Below are positions 1-8,887 of a DNA stretch of 55,588 bases, one piece after another. The position numbers and the translations under genes are program-made. Where the stretch lies: assembly GCA_963674595.2 (NCBI GenBank), contig CAXXFV010000021.1:1-55588 (forward strand). Reading direction: 5' to 3'. The notes under the pieces are model-generated. The model worked only from the letters and a program-made list of their open reading frames with translations. It searched no databases and had not been told where the DNA came from. Every line of letters starts with the position of its first letter. Within the stretch, counting starts at the first letter, position 1. This DNA is from a bacterium (lineage in GTDB: Bacteria; Zhuqueibacterota; Zhuqueibacteria; Residuimicrobiales; Krinioviventaceae).

Positions 1-417
1 AAAACGTTCATTATTTAAAATCTTTTTAATTTGCTTTGAATCATCTGCATATATATTCGGCTTTATTCGAAGTAAAAGCCCTCTACTTTCCACATATTCA
101 GCACGCAATGCCCGGATCATGGCCTGAAAAATTTCAGGATCATTTTGAGCGTCTTTTTTCCGCCAAACAGGGCCCCATGGGACATAAGCAATACCGGTTT
201 TCAAACCAGGTAAAGTTTTAATATGAACCTGGGCCAAACCTGCAACTTTACCATCTTTATACAATACTAAATGACTCAGATTATCAACGCCTCTTCTAAC
301 AGCGCCATACGTCCAGGTTTGAAAAATAGACGCATCATCAAACTGATTCAAAAGTTTTCGCCATTGATTTTTAGAAATTTCATCGATTGAAATATTGTAT
401 GTGTTTATTTTATTCAC
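1..417 (-). CDS. FemAB/FemX-like (GNAT-fold) aminoacyl/acyl-transferase, truncated at window edge
   Basis: Not in ORF track; manual translation from GTG at 417 is open to base 1: MNKINTYNISIDEISKNQWRKLLNQFDDASIFQTWTYG...GIAYVPWGPVW...LLLRIKP, matching the FemAB-type xxFQxxxW/Y and YxPxGP pattern; start overlaps the upstream stop. Confidence 0.65.
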   Translation of the reverse strand, partial: MNKINTYNISIDEISKNQWRKLLNQFDDASIFQTWTYGAVRRGVDNLSHLVLYKDGKVAGLAQVHIKTLPGLKTGIAYVPWGPVWRKKDAQNDPEIFQAMIRALRAEYVESRGLLLRIKPNIYADDSKQIKKILNNERF

Positions 418-1249
418 AATTATCCCCTTTGCTTTTCATTATTAGCTGTTTTGTTTTTTGTTTCATTTTCGATGCCAAAACCATCCAACGGAAAGCACCG
501 TTTAGTTTTAACCATAGTTCAACCGGCCAATCATCAGGTGAAGCAGCAACACGACCTGAGATAAATTCATCAGATACAGTCATTGACCAATCAGGTATAA
601 TGGTAAACACTCTGTAATAACCGGCTTGCTTTGCTGTTTCAATAATATGGTTATTAAAAGCGCCATAGGGAAAACTAAACATGGTGACAGAATATCCTAA
701 AATCTGCTCCAATTGTTGTTTAGAATTTAAAAGTTGGTATTTTATATTTTCCTGGTCAAGCATTGTCAATTTAGCATGTGAAACCGTATGTGAGCCGATT
801 TTGATTAAATCAGCATCAAGATTTTTCAAATCGGTTTCACTCATAATTTGTTTGGATCTGTCTGCACATGTATCTTCCATATCCCAATCCGCATTTTTAT
901 CGACGAATCCGCTCGGGACAAATATAGTAGCCGGAATTTTTCGTTCCGCCATCTGTGGAATTGCGGTTATTAATAAACTTTTAAAACCATCATCAAACGT
1001 CAACACTGAATACAGTTTTGCATCTTTATCAAGCTCAGCAATATCAGCCGGAACAACCTTGGAATTTTTTTGGATCATATCCAACTGACGCGTAAATTTT
1101 TCCTTTTGTTCATTGGTAACGTCGTGATAATATAAAGTGACGCAAAAAGGTCTTACGGGACGGCCAATTATTCGTTTTATTAAACGAAAAAGGCCAAATA
1201 CGGCAAGATAAACAAAACTCACTGTTATTTTTATAATACGAATCATCAT
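410..1249 (-). CDS. polysaccharide deacetylase (CE4/NodB family)
   Basis: Motifs LYYH, LTFDDG, GSHTVSH, FSFPYG; N-terminal hydrophobic anchor. Confidence 0.9.
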   Translation of the reverse strand: MMIRIIKITVSFVYLAVFGLFRLIKRIIGRPVRPFCVTLYYHDVTNEQKEKFTRQLDMIQKNSKVVPADIAELDKDAKLYSVLTFDDGFKSLLITAIPQMAERKIPATIFVPSGFVDKNADWDMEDTCADRSKQIMSETDLKNLDADLIKIGSHTVSHAKLTMLDQENIKYQLLNSKQQLEQILGYSVTMFSFPYGAFNNHIIETAKQAGYYRVFTIIPDWSMTVSDEFISGRVAASPDDWPVELWLKLNGAFRWMVLASKMKQKTKQLIMKSKGDNCE

Positions 1250-2124
1250 AATCCAAAACCCGATTGCAACCTGCTCATTTGCCGGTTGCGCAAATGTTTA
1301 ATAAAATCAACAGAAACCGGACGCTGACTTTGTTTTATATTCGCCCAGATAAAACCACACATACGGAATAAAGCACTAAAGAAATAAGGACGTTCTGAAA
1401 TTCGGCGGACAATTTTAACAGCTTCGAAAAAGGGATGATAACCGATCATATAATCGGCTATTCCATGACGAAATCTGGCACGTAACATAGATACCCGGGC
1501 TGAATTTGACCGGCGATGGTGCATAACAGGTAAAGAATGAACAGGTTTTACTTTATAACCCGCCATAATCGCCATCTCTGTTGCAACCGTATCTTCATGT
1601 GCATAAGGCAAAGGACGATATCCGCCAATTTCATCAAAACATGATCTTTTAAAAAGTTGTATGGCACCGGCTACATAGTCATCAGAATTTCCATAACGGT
1701 TTACAAACTGACCTTTTTCCTGTTCATAAATAATTCCGCCGGTAATACCCAGATCCTCGTCCTGTTCAAAAACATCAAACAACTTTTCAAAATATGCAGG
1801 TTCAAAACTCACATCAGCATCTAAAATGCCTATATAATTAAAATCCAAACCATGTATACTATTATAGCTATAGCCATATTGCAAGGCTTTAACTTTTTGA
1901 GAAAAATCAGGGATTTCACTATCCGGTAAGCTCAAAAGTTGAATAAAGGAATGTTGTTCCGAATATCGGGTTACAATATCTTCTGTTGCATCCGTTGAGC
2001 CGTTGCTGACAATAATCCAGGCGATTGGCAGAACAGTTTGCTCAATAACAGAACGAAGGGTATTTTCAATATAACCTTCTTCATTTCGAGCGGCTGTTAA
2101 TAGTATGTATTTTTGATCTGACAT
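1246..2124 (-). CDS. glycosyltransferase family 2
   Basis: TAARNEE...VSNGSTD...LDAD, FDEIGGY, HED motifs of GT-A fold. Confidence 0.9.
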   Translation of the reverse strand: MSDQKYILLTAARNEEGYIENTLRSVIEQTVLPIAWIIVSNGSTDATEDIVTRYSEQHSFIQLLSLPDSEIPDFSQKVKALQYGYSYNSIHGLDFNYIGILDADVSFEPAYFEKLFDVFEQDEDLGITGGIIYEQEKGQFVNRYGNSDDYVAGAIQLFKRSCFDEIGGYRPLPYAHEDTVATEMAIMAGYKVKPVHSLPVMHHRRSNSARVSMLRARFRHGIADYMIGYHPFFEAVKIVRRISERPYFFSALFRMCGFIWANIKQSQRPVSVDFIKHLRNRQMSRLQSGFGL

Positions 2125-3431
2125 TATTTTACATTTTCTGTTAAAAACTTTTTATCCAAAACTGCGATATAAAAGAAAATAAGTAAATTAAACGGTCCTA
2201 TTTTAGAACCAAATACAGATTCAGTAAGAGAGTGAATCGTAAAAATTGAAATGATAGAAACACCTCTCAAGGCGACATCTGCGGAAACATTTTGAACAAC
2301 TGATTTAAATTTGACAAAATACCTTAATGAATAAATAAAAAATGAAGCATAGGCCAGTAAACCCATCAATCCAGCGGACAACAAAATTTCGAGAAATGTA
2401 TTATGTGCATTAAAAGCGTAAAAAGCAGGAATATCATAGCCTTCATTTATAATCAACCGGCTGACGCCGTACCCCGATCCAAAAATAAAGTTAGCAAAAG
2501 AGACAAATATTTTACGGATAACAACAGGCCAGATAACCGTGCGTCCAGTCATTGATTCAATTGTTTCCAAACTTTGTCCCCTGTTAAAAAGGTCCAAAGT
2601 ATTGACGACACCGCCAAGGTTAAAAGAAACAGCCAATATAATAAAAAACAAAGCAACAGCGGCACCGCTAAAAAGGGCATACTTTACATTTAATGCCCTT
2701 TCTGACTTTATGCTGTTTGCATACCATAACCGGATAAATCCTGCAAGAATAAAACTTATCATAGAACTGCGGGACCATGATAAAACTAAAATTGCAATAC
2801 AGGCAAAACGGATGATCCACATTAAAACACGCTTTTTATTATCAACAAAAAATGACATCCAAAAAGACAACGATGCATATGCCCCAAAAACATTTGCATG
2901 AGTTACTCCCATACCTAAACGGCTTGGACCTCCAACGTGATAGTCCATTTGCAACTGGGGAAAAAGATAAGATGTTGCTGTGTCTTTAATAAGAATAAGT
3001 ACAATTACAATAAACCAAGATTTTTCTATAATATTAAGGTCTTCAACAGTGCGGCTATATTGCACCAATGCGACCGTCAAAAAAGCCGCACCTGATAATA
3101 AAATCCAGTAACCGACAACCAGAGTCTTGTATTGGCTAAAAAGAACAGATAGCAAGGCGGCACAAACGTAAAATAAAATGCTATAGGCACCAAAACCGAA
3201 TTTTTTATTTTTAAAAAACATAAAAAAACCAAGTGCCATACTAAAAGCGCATACAAACAACCTAACCAAAACCAACCAGTCCATTTGCATGGAAGCTTCT
3301 TCTTGCCGAATTCGGAAATATGTTCCGGTAAAGACAATAATGGCTATCCAGAAGATTAAAGCAATTTTAAAAATCCGGTCCTGGCGGGCATTGATATTTT
3401 GCATATTTTCATTTAGCATGATGCAAAGCAC
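2124..3431 (-). CDS. Wzy-type polymerase / O-antigen ligase family membrane protein
   Basis: About 11-12 TM segments; SWSRSS, TGRTVIW, GSGYG, AHNTFLE motifs; true start may be 3419 or 3404. Confidence 0.85.
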   Translation of the reverse strand: MLCIMLNENMQNINARQDRIFKIALIFWIAIIVFTGTYFRIRQEEASMQMDWLVLVRLFVCAFSMALGFFMFFKNKKFGFGAYSILFYVCAALLSVLFSQYKTLVVGYWILLSGAAFLTVALVQYSRTVEDLNIIEKSWFIVIVLILIKDTATSYLFPQLQMDYHVGGPSRLGMGVTHANVFGAYASLSFWMSFFVDNKKRVLMWIIRFACIAILVLSWSRSSMISFILAGFIRLWYANSIKSERALNVKYALFSGAAVALFFIILAVSFNLGGVVNTLDLFNRGQSLETIESMTGRTVIWPVVIRKIFVSFANFIFGSGYGVSRLIINEGYDIPAFYAFNAHNTFLEILLSAGLMGLLAYASFFIYSLRYFVKFKSVVQNVSADVALRGVSIISIFTIHSLTESVFGSKIGPFNLLIFFYIAVLDKKFLTENVK

Positions 3432-4849
3432 TTCTTTTTAATAAAATCAATCGGAACTATTCCAAAGCCAATCGTCAAACCAATACTCGTTATAAAGATG
3501 ATTGGAAAAATACCATAAAATATGTAATTATTTTGTGACTGTAGTAAAAACAAGCTTCCTAATAAAAAAACCATCAAAAAAACAGCAAACGCTATCTTCT
3601 TAAAAGACAAGGTAATAGGAAAATACTTCAACCCTATTATTAATAATATTAAAGCTATAGACATATGAGTGATATTATATACAACAATCACACCAAAATA
3701 ACCAAAACGCGGAATGAGCAGATAATTAAAAACCACACTTAATATGGTAACAACAAAAATAATTGAACCGGTAATTTTGGTCTTTTGACGAATATGCAAT
3801 AAAGATTCCGCAATATAATAAATACCTGTAAAAGCAATTCCCGGAAAGATAAAGAACACGAGCATGTATGCTTTATTATATTCTGCAGGTGCTATTAAAT
3901 GAATAAAATCTTTAAATATAAAGGCGATTCCCGCTGTAAGAAATGCAAAGACAATAAGCAAAAAAACCATGGATTTTGAAATAAACTCCTGAATACCATT
4001 TTTGTTGATATTGCCATAAACAATAGGTTCGTAAGCAAGCTGAAAGGGAAGGATCAAAACTATATTCACAATTTGCGCAATCTTGAACCCAAGTGAATAA
4101 ACAGCCACCTGTTCCAGTCCTGCAAAATAACTGAGAAAAAACAAAGCTGTTGAATCTGTTACCAAATCGCCCGATTGAGAAAAAACCAACGGGTAACCGA
4201 AACGGAACAATTCAGTCATGGATTCTTTCGTTACCACCAGCCGTGTTTTAAAATAAACCGATACCGTGAGTCCCAGCCACAACACTCCATAGGAAAAAAT
4301 TTGAGCAATTAAAACGCCTAAAATCCCTTTTTTAAACACAACCACCAGTAACATATTACTCGCAATTAAAAACAAAAAGGCAGCAGAATTGGCAATAACA
4401 AAGGTCATACCTTTGTTCAATGCCCGGTAATATGTTGTTAATTGCATATAAATGGTCTGAGCCAATGCTGCCAAGCTGGTAAATAAAATTAATTTTTGTG
4501 GATTTTCAACATGCAAAAACGAGGAAAATAAAGGTACCAATAAAGTTAATGACACAACTGTTATTACCACACCGCCAATAATATTAAGAAAAAAAGCACT
4601 GCCTAATAGAGCACCAAGACTGCCTTTTTCATTATACTCTGATGCAAAACGAATAAAAGCACTACGTGTTCCCAAGCCCATAAAAACGCTTAATATCTGA
4701 ATGGTCAATAATATTGTTGCAAGCATACCGTATTCAGAAACAGAAAGTGCGTGTGTATACAACGGAACAAGTAAAAAAGACCCTGTTCGAAGGCCTATGT
4801 TACCGATTGCATAAATAATAGTATTTTTTCCAAATGCTTTGAGATTCAT
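3413..4849 (-). CDS. wzx: Wzx-type oligosaccharide flippase
   Basis: Polytopic; LLVPLYTHALSVSEYG and NYLLIPRFGYFG typical of MOP/PST flippases. Confidence 0.85.
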   Translation of the reverse strand: MNLKAFGKNTIIYAIGNIGLRTGSFLLVPLYTHALSVSEYGMLATILLTIQILSVFMGLGTRSAFIRFASEYNEKGSLGALLGSAFFLNIIGGVVITVVSLTLLVPLFSSFLHVENPQKLILFTSLAALAQTIYMQLTTYYRALNKGMTFVIANSAAFLFLIASNMLLVVVFKKGILGVLIAQIFSYGVLWLGLTVSVYFKTRLVVTKESMTELFRFGYPLVFSQSGDLVTDSTALFFLSYFAGLEQVAVYSLGFKIAQIVNIVLILPFQLAYEPIVYGNINKNGIQEFISKSMVFLLIVFAFLTAGIAFIFKDFIHLIAPAEYNKAYMLVFFIFPGIAFTGIYYIAESLLHIRQKTKITGSIIFVVTILSVVFNYLLIPRFGYFGVIVVYNITHMSIALILLIIGLKYFPITLSFKKIAFAVFLMVFLLGSLFLLQSQNNYIFYGIFPIIFITSIGLTIGFGIVPIDFIKKKCFASC

Positions 4850-4862
4850 AAGACGCCAGTCA

Positions 4863-5912
4863 TTAAACCTGTAAACCTAATTCTTTAATTATTTCATTTG
4901 TAATACAATTTTTTGCTTGTTCAGAGCTATTATCTAAAAATGTTTTTTCCCGCTTGGAAAGAGAAATAACTGTTTCCAAATCCTGATCAGGAGTAATTAA
5001 AACCAGGCGATTGGATTCCGCCAAAAACTTGTCAACAGCACCCAGTTTTCCCTGAAAAATACTAAACACCGGAACACCAAGAGCAGCGGCTTCACGGTTC
5101 ATAGTGCCACCTCCGCTGATAACCAAATCAGAAGCCCAGATAATATCCAAACCTGCAAATACCTGTTTTGGGATAAATAATTTATTTCCAAAAAATTCCG
5201 GCCATTCATTTTTAATTTGAATACCCTGTTCTTTATCTCTTGGAAGTAATAAAATTTTCACGTTATCCTTAGACACGAGAAAATCCATAACATTTTTGAA
5301 AAGCTTTTCACTTGCAGGATTATGATAATGAGCCTGGTTTGCAGGAGGCCTGAGTGTTACCAAAATTTCATCCTGTAAAACAGATAATTGTTCCCGAATT
5401 GTATCATTAGGTTGAAAACCAGGGACATATACATCTTCTTTAATTCCAGGATAAGTTACAACAGCATTTGCCTTTTTTTGCATTTTTGTTACAGGTACTA
5501 CCTCAGGGACTAGTATCTTGCCGGCCTTAACAAAAGGCAAAAGTTTTACATGTTCATAATCAACAAGAACAATCCACGGGAGCCCCAAAAAGGCAGAAAT
5601 AAACATTTGCGATCTGGAGCCATGCGAAACAGCCAAATCAGGACGTTCTTTGATCAAAAATGGTATCATTTGAAAAGCGCGAATAATAAGACCAATTACC
5701 TTGAATAATTTATGCTTTCCATAATGTTTCCCGATAATTTTATATTGCAAACCGGCTAATTCAGCCAGTTCCACAACCTGAAAACAGTCCCGAACTGTAA
5801 TAGTTACCTGAACACCTTGGTTTACTAACGATTTTACAATCGGTAAGAAAAAGGGAACATGAGGAGAGTTGTCAAAATCGAACCAAACCTTTTTCTGATT
5901 AATATTTTTCAT
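4863..5912 (-). CDS. DUF354 family GT-B-fold protein (putative glycosyltransferase)
   Basis: WFDFDNSPHVPFF N-terminus; SGGGTMNREAAALGVP motif. Confidence 0.8.
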   Translation of the reverse strand: MKNINQKKVWFDFDNSPHVPFFLPIVKSLVNQGVQVTITVRDCFQVVELAELAGLQYKIIGKHYGKHKLFKVIGLIIRAFQMIPFLIKERPDLAVSHGSRSQMFISAFLGLPWIVLVDYEHVKLLPFVKAGKILVPEVVPVTKMQKKANAVVTYPGIKEDVYVPGFQPNDTIREQLSVLQDEILVTLRPPANQAHYHNPASEKLFKNVMDFLVSKDNVKILLLPRDKEQGIQIKNEWPEFFGNKLFIPKQVFAGLDIIWASDLVISGGGTMNREAAALGVPVFSIFQGKLGAVDKFLAESNRLVLITPDQDLETVISLSKREKTFLDNSSEQAKNCITNEIIKELGLQV

Positions 5913-5942
5913 ATTCGGCCTAACCTTATCATCATTCTTTTA

Positions 5943-6419
5943 TTAATCACCAATTTTTCTTAATTCACGAGCAGGATTACCGGCAAAAATAGTATTTGCT
6001 GGAACGTCCTTTGTCACAACAGAACCAGCACCGATAATAGAATTTTCACCAATTGTAACACCACATAAAATCGTAGCGCTGGACCCAATAGACACACCTT
6101 TTTTGACCAAAGTACTGACACAAGCCCAATCATCTTCAGTTTGCAAAGTGCCATCGTCATTTACAGATCTTGGATATTTATCATTAATAAATGTAACATT
6201 GTGCCCTATGAAACAATTGTCCTCAATAGTAACCCCTTCACAAATAAAAGTATGACTGGATATTTTACAGTTATTGCCGATCTTGGCGCCCTTTTGAATT
6301 TCAACAAAAGTCCCAACTTTACTATCGTCACCAATTTCACAACCGTACAAATTCACAAAATTAAAAACTTTGGTATTTTCACCAATTTTAACATCCGGGG
6401 CAATGCTTTGAAAATTCAT
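5943..6419 (-). CDS. hexapeptide-repeat (LbH) sugar N-acetyltransferase, WbpD/WxcM-like
   Basis: IG hexapeptide repeats; FINDKYPRS; GAGSVVTKDVP...GNPAR. Confidence 0.88.
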   Translation of the reverse strand: MNFQSIAPDVKIGENTKVFNFVNLYGCEIGDDSKVGTFVEIQKGAKIGNNCKISSHTFICEGVTIEDNCFIGHNVTFINDKYPRSVNDDGTLQTEDDWACVSTLVKKGVSIGSSATILCGVTIGENSIIGAGSVVTKDVPANTIFAGNPARELRKIGD

Positions 6420-6484
6420 GTTCGTTTCCTTTTTGTTGGATTTAAAAATTTTGTCTTTTTGATATTTTATCAGCCACTACGATT

Positions 6485-6549
6485 AAAAAAGAATACAGTC
6501 GAGTAAAGAAACTGCGGATGGATCAATAGTAAATTACTCGACCGTATTC
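6485..6549 (-). terminator. long-stem hairpin with U6 tail inside EPS operon (terminator/attenuator-like)
   Basis: Arms 6491-6506 and 6534-6549 are complementary over 16 nt (one G-U), 27-nt loop, followed by TTTTTT on minus strand. Confidence 0.55.
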
Positions 6550-6557
6550 AGAGAATG

Positions 6558-7766
6558 TCATGCATATTTCCCTTCACCATTTACATTGACATTTTCTCGA
6601 AACATGCTGATAATAGCAGGAAAGGTTTTTAACAGGATTTTCACATCACCCCAAAACGTGTGTTTATGAGCATAGGAAATATCCATCCGGATCATTTCTT
6701 TAAATGTTGTTTTGTTTTTGCCGTTAATCTGCCAGGAACCGGTCATACCTGGTAAACAATAAAATCTTTTCTTATGCCAGTTTAAATATTGCTCAGCTTC
6801 ATAAGGCAAACAAGGACGCGGGCCAATTAAACTCATCTCTCCCTTTAAAACGTTGAACAATTGTGGTAATTCATCCAAACAACTTTCACGTAAAATACTT
6901 CCAAGTGGAATAATCCTTGAATCTTTCTGAGCATCGAGTTTCTGCATTGGAACATCCTGATGAATAAACTCTGTATAATGTTTTTTATGAACATTTGTGT
7001 CAGAGTTGACATGCATACTTCTAAATTTCCAAAAAGTAAACTTTTCTCCACGAATACCGATTCTTTCCTGTTTAAAAAATACCGGACCAGGGGAAACGAT
7101 TTTAATAAAGGCGGCAATTGTTATAAATGCAGGTGATAATAAAAGAATACCGGCAGCGGCTCCGAAAATGTCCATAAATCGTTTCCATTTTGGAATAGAA
7201 TAGGGAACCAAATCTTCAATGTTCGGTGTATACTCGCTGTCAACGGCTATATCACTGTTTTTCCAATCCATTGCGCCGGTAGCATCCCATACTTTTCTTT
7301 TCTTTTCCCAATCGCTTATGTCTGAGATATCCGGTTTATTATTATTTTTAGTAAAATCCATACCATCCGAGGGATAAGAATAAACATTAAAATTCATCTT
7401 TCCACCGATATTCTTATATAAAGTATCAACATCATTCGCAAACATATCAGCCGCCTTTTTCTCTGTATAGGGTAAAAATACTGCAAAACTATCTTCTTTA
7501 TACCAGGTTATATAATCCATTTTTCGAATACGGAACGCCAAAATCCGGGCGAGATTAAACTGGCCATTACCATTAAATGTGTGGTCCTGGTTAGAAATGA
7601 TGACCAAAGAAAAATGGTGCAGGTTTCTATCAGCCCGAGACTGCTCCCTTTCCAGGTTCACATAAAACTCACTCTCAGGATAAAATCCATAAATACGGTT
7701 TATTTTATCCTTTTCACCATTGCTCAACATTTTTAACTTGTTGGTATTTTTCAACATTTCAGTCAC
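6558..7766 (-). CDS. priming phosphoglycosyl transferase (Bac_transf) with N-terminal degenerate GGDEF-like domain
   Basis: C-terminal KRFMD, FFKQERIG, KFRSM, DELPQLFNVLKGEMSLIGPRP, PGMTGSWQ; N-terminal LEREQSRADR...FSLVII...RKMDYITWYKEDSFAVFLPYT. Confidence 0.88.
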   Translation of the reverse strand: MTEMLKNTNKLKMLSNGEKDKINRIYGFYPESEFYVNLEREQSRADRNLHHFSLVIISNQDHTFNGNGQFNLARILAFRIRKMDYITWYKEDSFAVFLPYTEKKAADMFANDVDTLYKNIGGKMNFNVYSYPSDGMDFTKNNNKPDISDISDWEKKRKVWDATGAMDWKNSDIAVDSEYTPNIEDLVPYSIPKWKRFMDIFGAAAGILLLSPAFITIAAFIKIVSPGPVFFKQERIGIRGEKFTFWKFRSMHVNSDTNVHKKHYTEFIHQDVPMQKLDAQKDSRIIPLGSILRESCLDELPQLFNVLKGEMSLIGPRPCLPYEAEQYLNWHKKRFYCLPGMTGSWQINGKNKTTFKEMIRMDISYAHKHTFWGDVKILLKTFPAIISMFRENVNVNGEGKYA

Positions 7767-7773
7767 CTTACGA

Positions 7774-8868
7774 TTAAAATCTTTTATAAAACAGTTCCGG
7801 TATGTGGTATTTACGTTGATTTAAAACACCTCCAAGCACCCTTACGCCAGAATTTTTCAAAACCTGACTTGCATTTTTAATTGCCTCAAAACGTGTATTT
7901 CCGGCTTTAACAACCAAAACTACACCATCACATAATCTGCTTAAAGCAAGGCCTTCCGGATAGTTCATTACAGCCGGAATATCCAAAAAGATATATTCAT
8001 AGTGTGCTTTAGCAAATTCTAATAAAGATGCCAACTTTTCCAATTCACCTTCAAAGAAACCACTGCTTCGTTTTGTAGCCAGGGTTATAACATCCAGTCC
8101 GGCAAAAACGTTTTTTACAGCTGTTTGAAAAGTTATCTTGTGAGATAACAGATCGACCAAGTCATTTTCTGCATTAACCGCAAAATTTTTGTTAAGCGAT
8201 GGATTTCTCAATTGCGTATCAATCAGCAACACACCTTTTTTTCCGGTTTTACTAGTAGCTATTTCTTCATCAACTGAATGAACGAAACCATCGTGGCTGT
8301 TATTGTTATTCATACCGGCAGCCAATGCAGACATTAAACCGACAATAGTTGATGAACCTTCACCAGATACTGCACTGGTAATTCCAAAAACTTTATGTCC
8401 GTTTTTAAAAGATTTTAGATTTTCAATTATTCTTTGTATGTCCATTAAAAACTGATTGATCTCATTTTCCTTTTTTACATCCAAAGCCTTTTTCGCAGGA
8501 ATGGATTTAGCAGATTTTTTAGAAACAACTTTACCTGGTTTTTTAACTTTATAAACAGGTTTGCTGTTCTGTATATTATGTTGTGGAACTTTAATTTTTG
8601 GGCTTTCTGAAGTAGAAACTATATCTAATTGATCAACATCAAAATCTTCTACATAAATAAAATCATTACTTTCGAGATTTTCAGACTTAGCAACAAACAG
8701 TTCTTCACTTTTGTCCATTTTCAAAGTTGCGTTTGTCACATCCAATTCAGTTTCCAGGTCAGCTTGTTTTGATAATACTTGCTCAGAAGCAACCGGGTGT
8801 GCAACTAAACTGGCATAAATGGATTTTTTCATTTCGTTCTTCATTGTCTTGTTCAATCCTTTGTTCAT
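7774..8868 (-). CDS. CpsD/CapB (Wzc C-terminal) BY-kinase-like protein with degenerate Walker A
   Basis: ITSAVSGEGSST, LLIDTQLRNP, IFLDIPAV, DGVVLVVKAG, GGVLN; about 150-aa N-terminal extension. Confidence 0.82.
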   Translation of the reverse strand: MNKGLNKTMKNEMKKSIYASLVAHPVASEQVLSKQADLETELDVTNATLKMDKSEELFVAKSENLESNDFIYVEDFDVDQLDIVSTSESPKIKVPQHNIQNSKPVYKVKKPGKVVSKKSAKSIPAKKALDVKKENEINQFLMDIQRIIENLKSFKNGHKVFGITSAVSGEGSSTIVGLMSALAAGMNNNNSHDGFVHSVDEEIATSKTGKKGVLLIDTQLRNPSLNKNFAVNAENDLVDLLSHKITFQTAVKNVFAGLDVITLATKRSSGFFEGELEKLASLLEFAKAHYEYIFLDIPAVMNYPEGLALSRLCDGVVLVVKAGNTRFEAIKNASQVLKNSGVRVLGGVLNQRKYHIPELFYKRF

Positions 8869-8887
8869 TTTTAATCTAAAAATCCGG

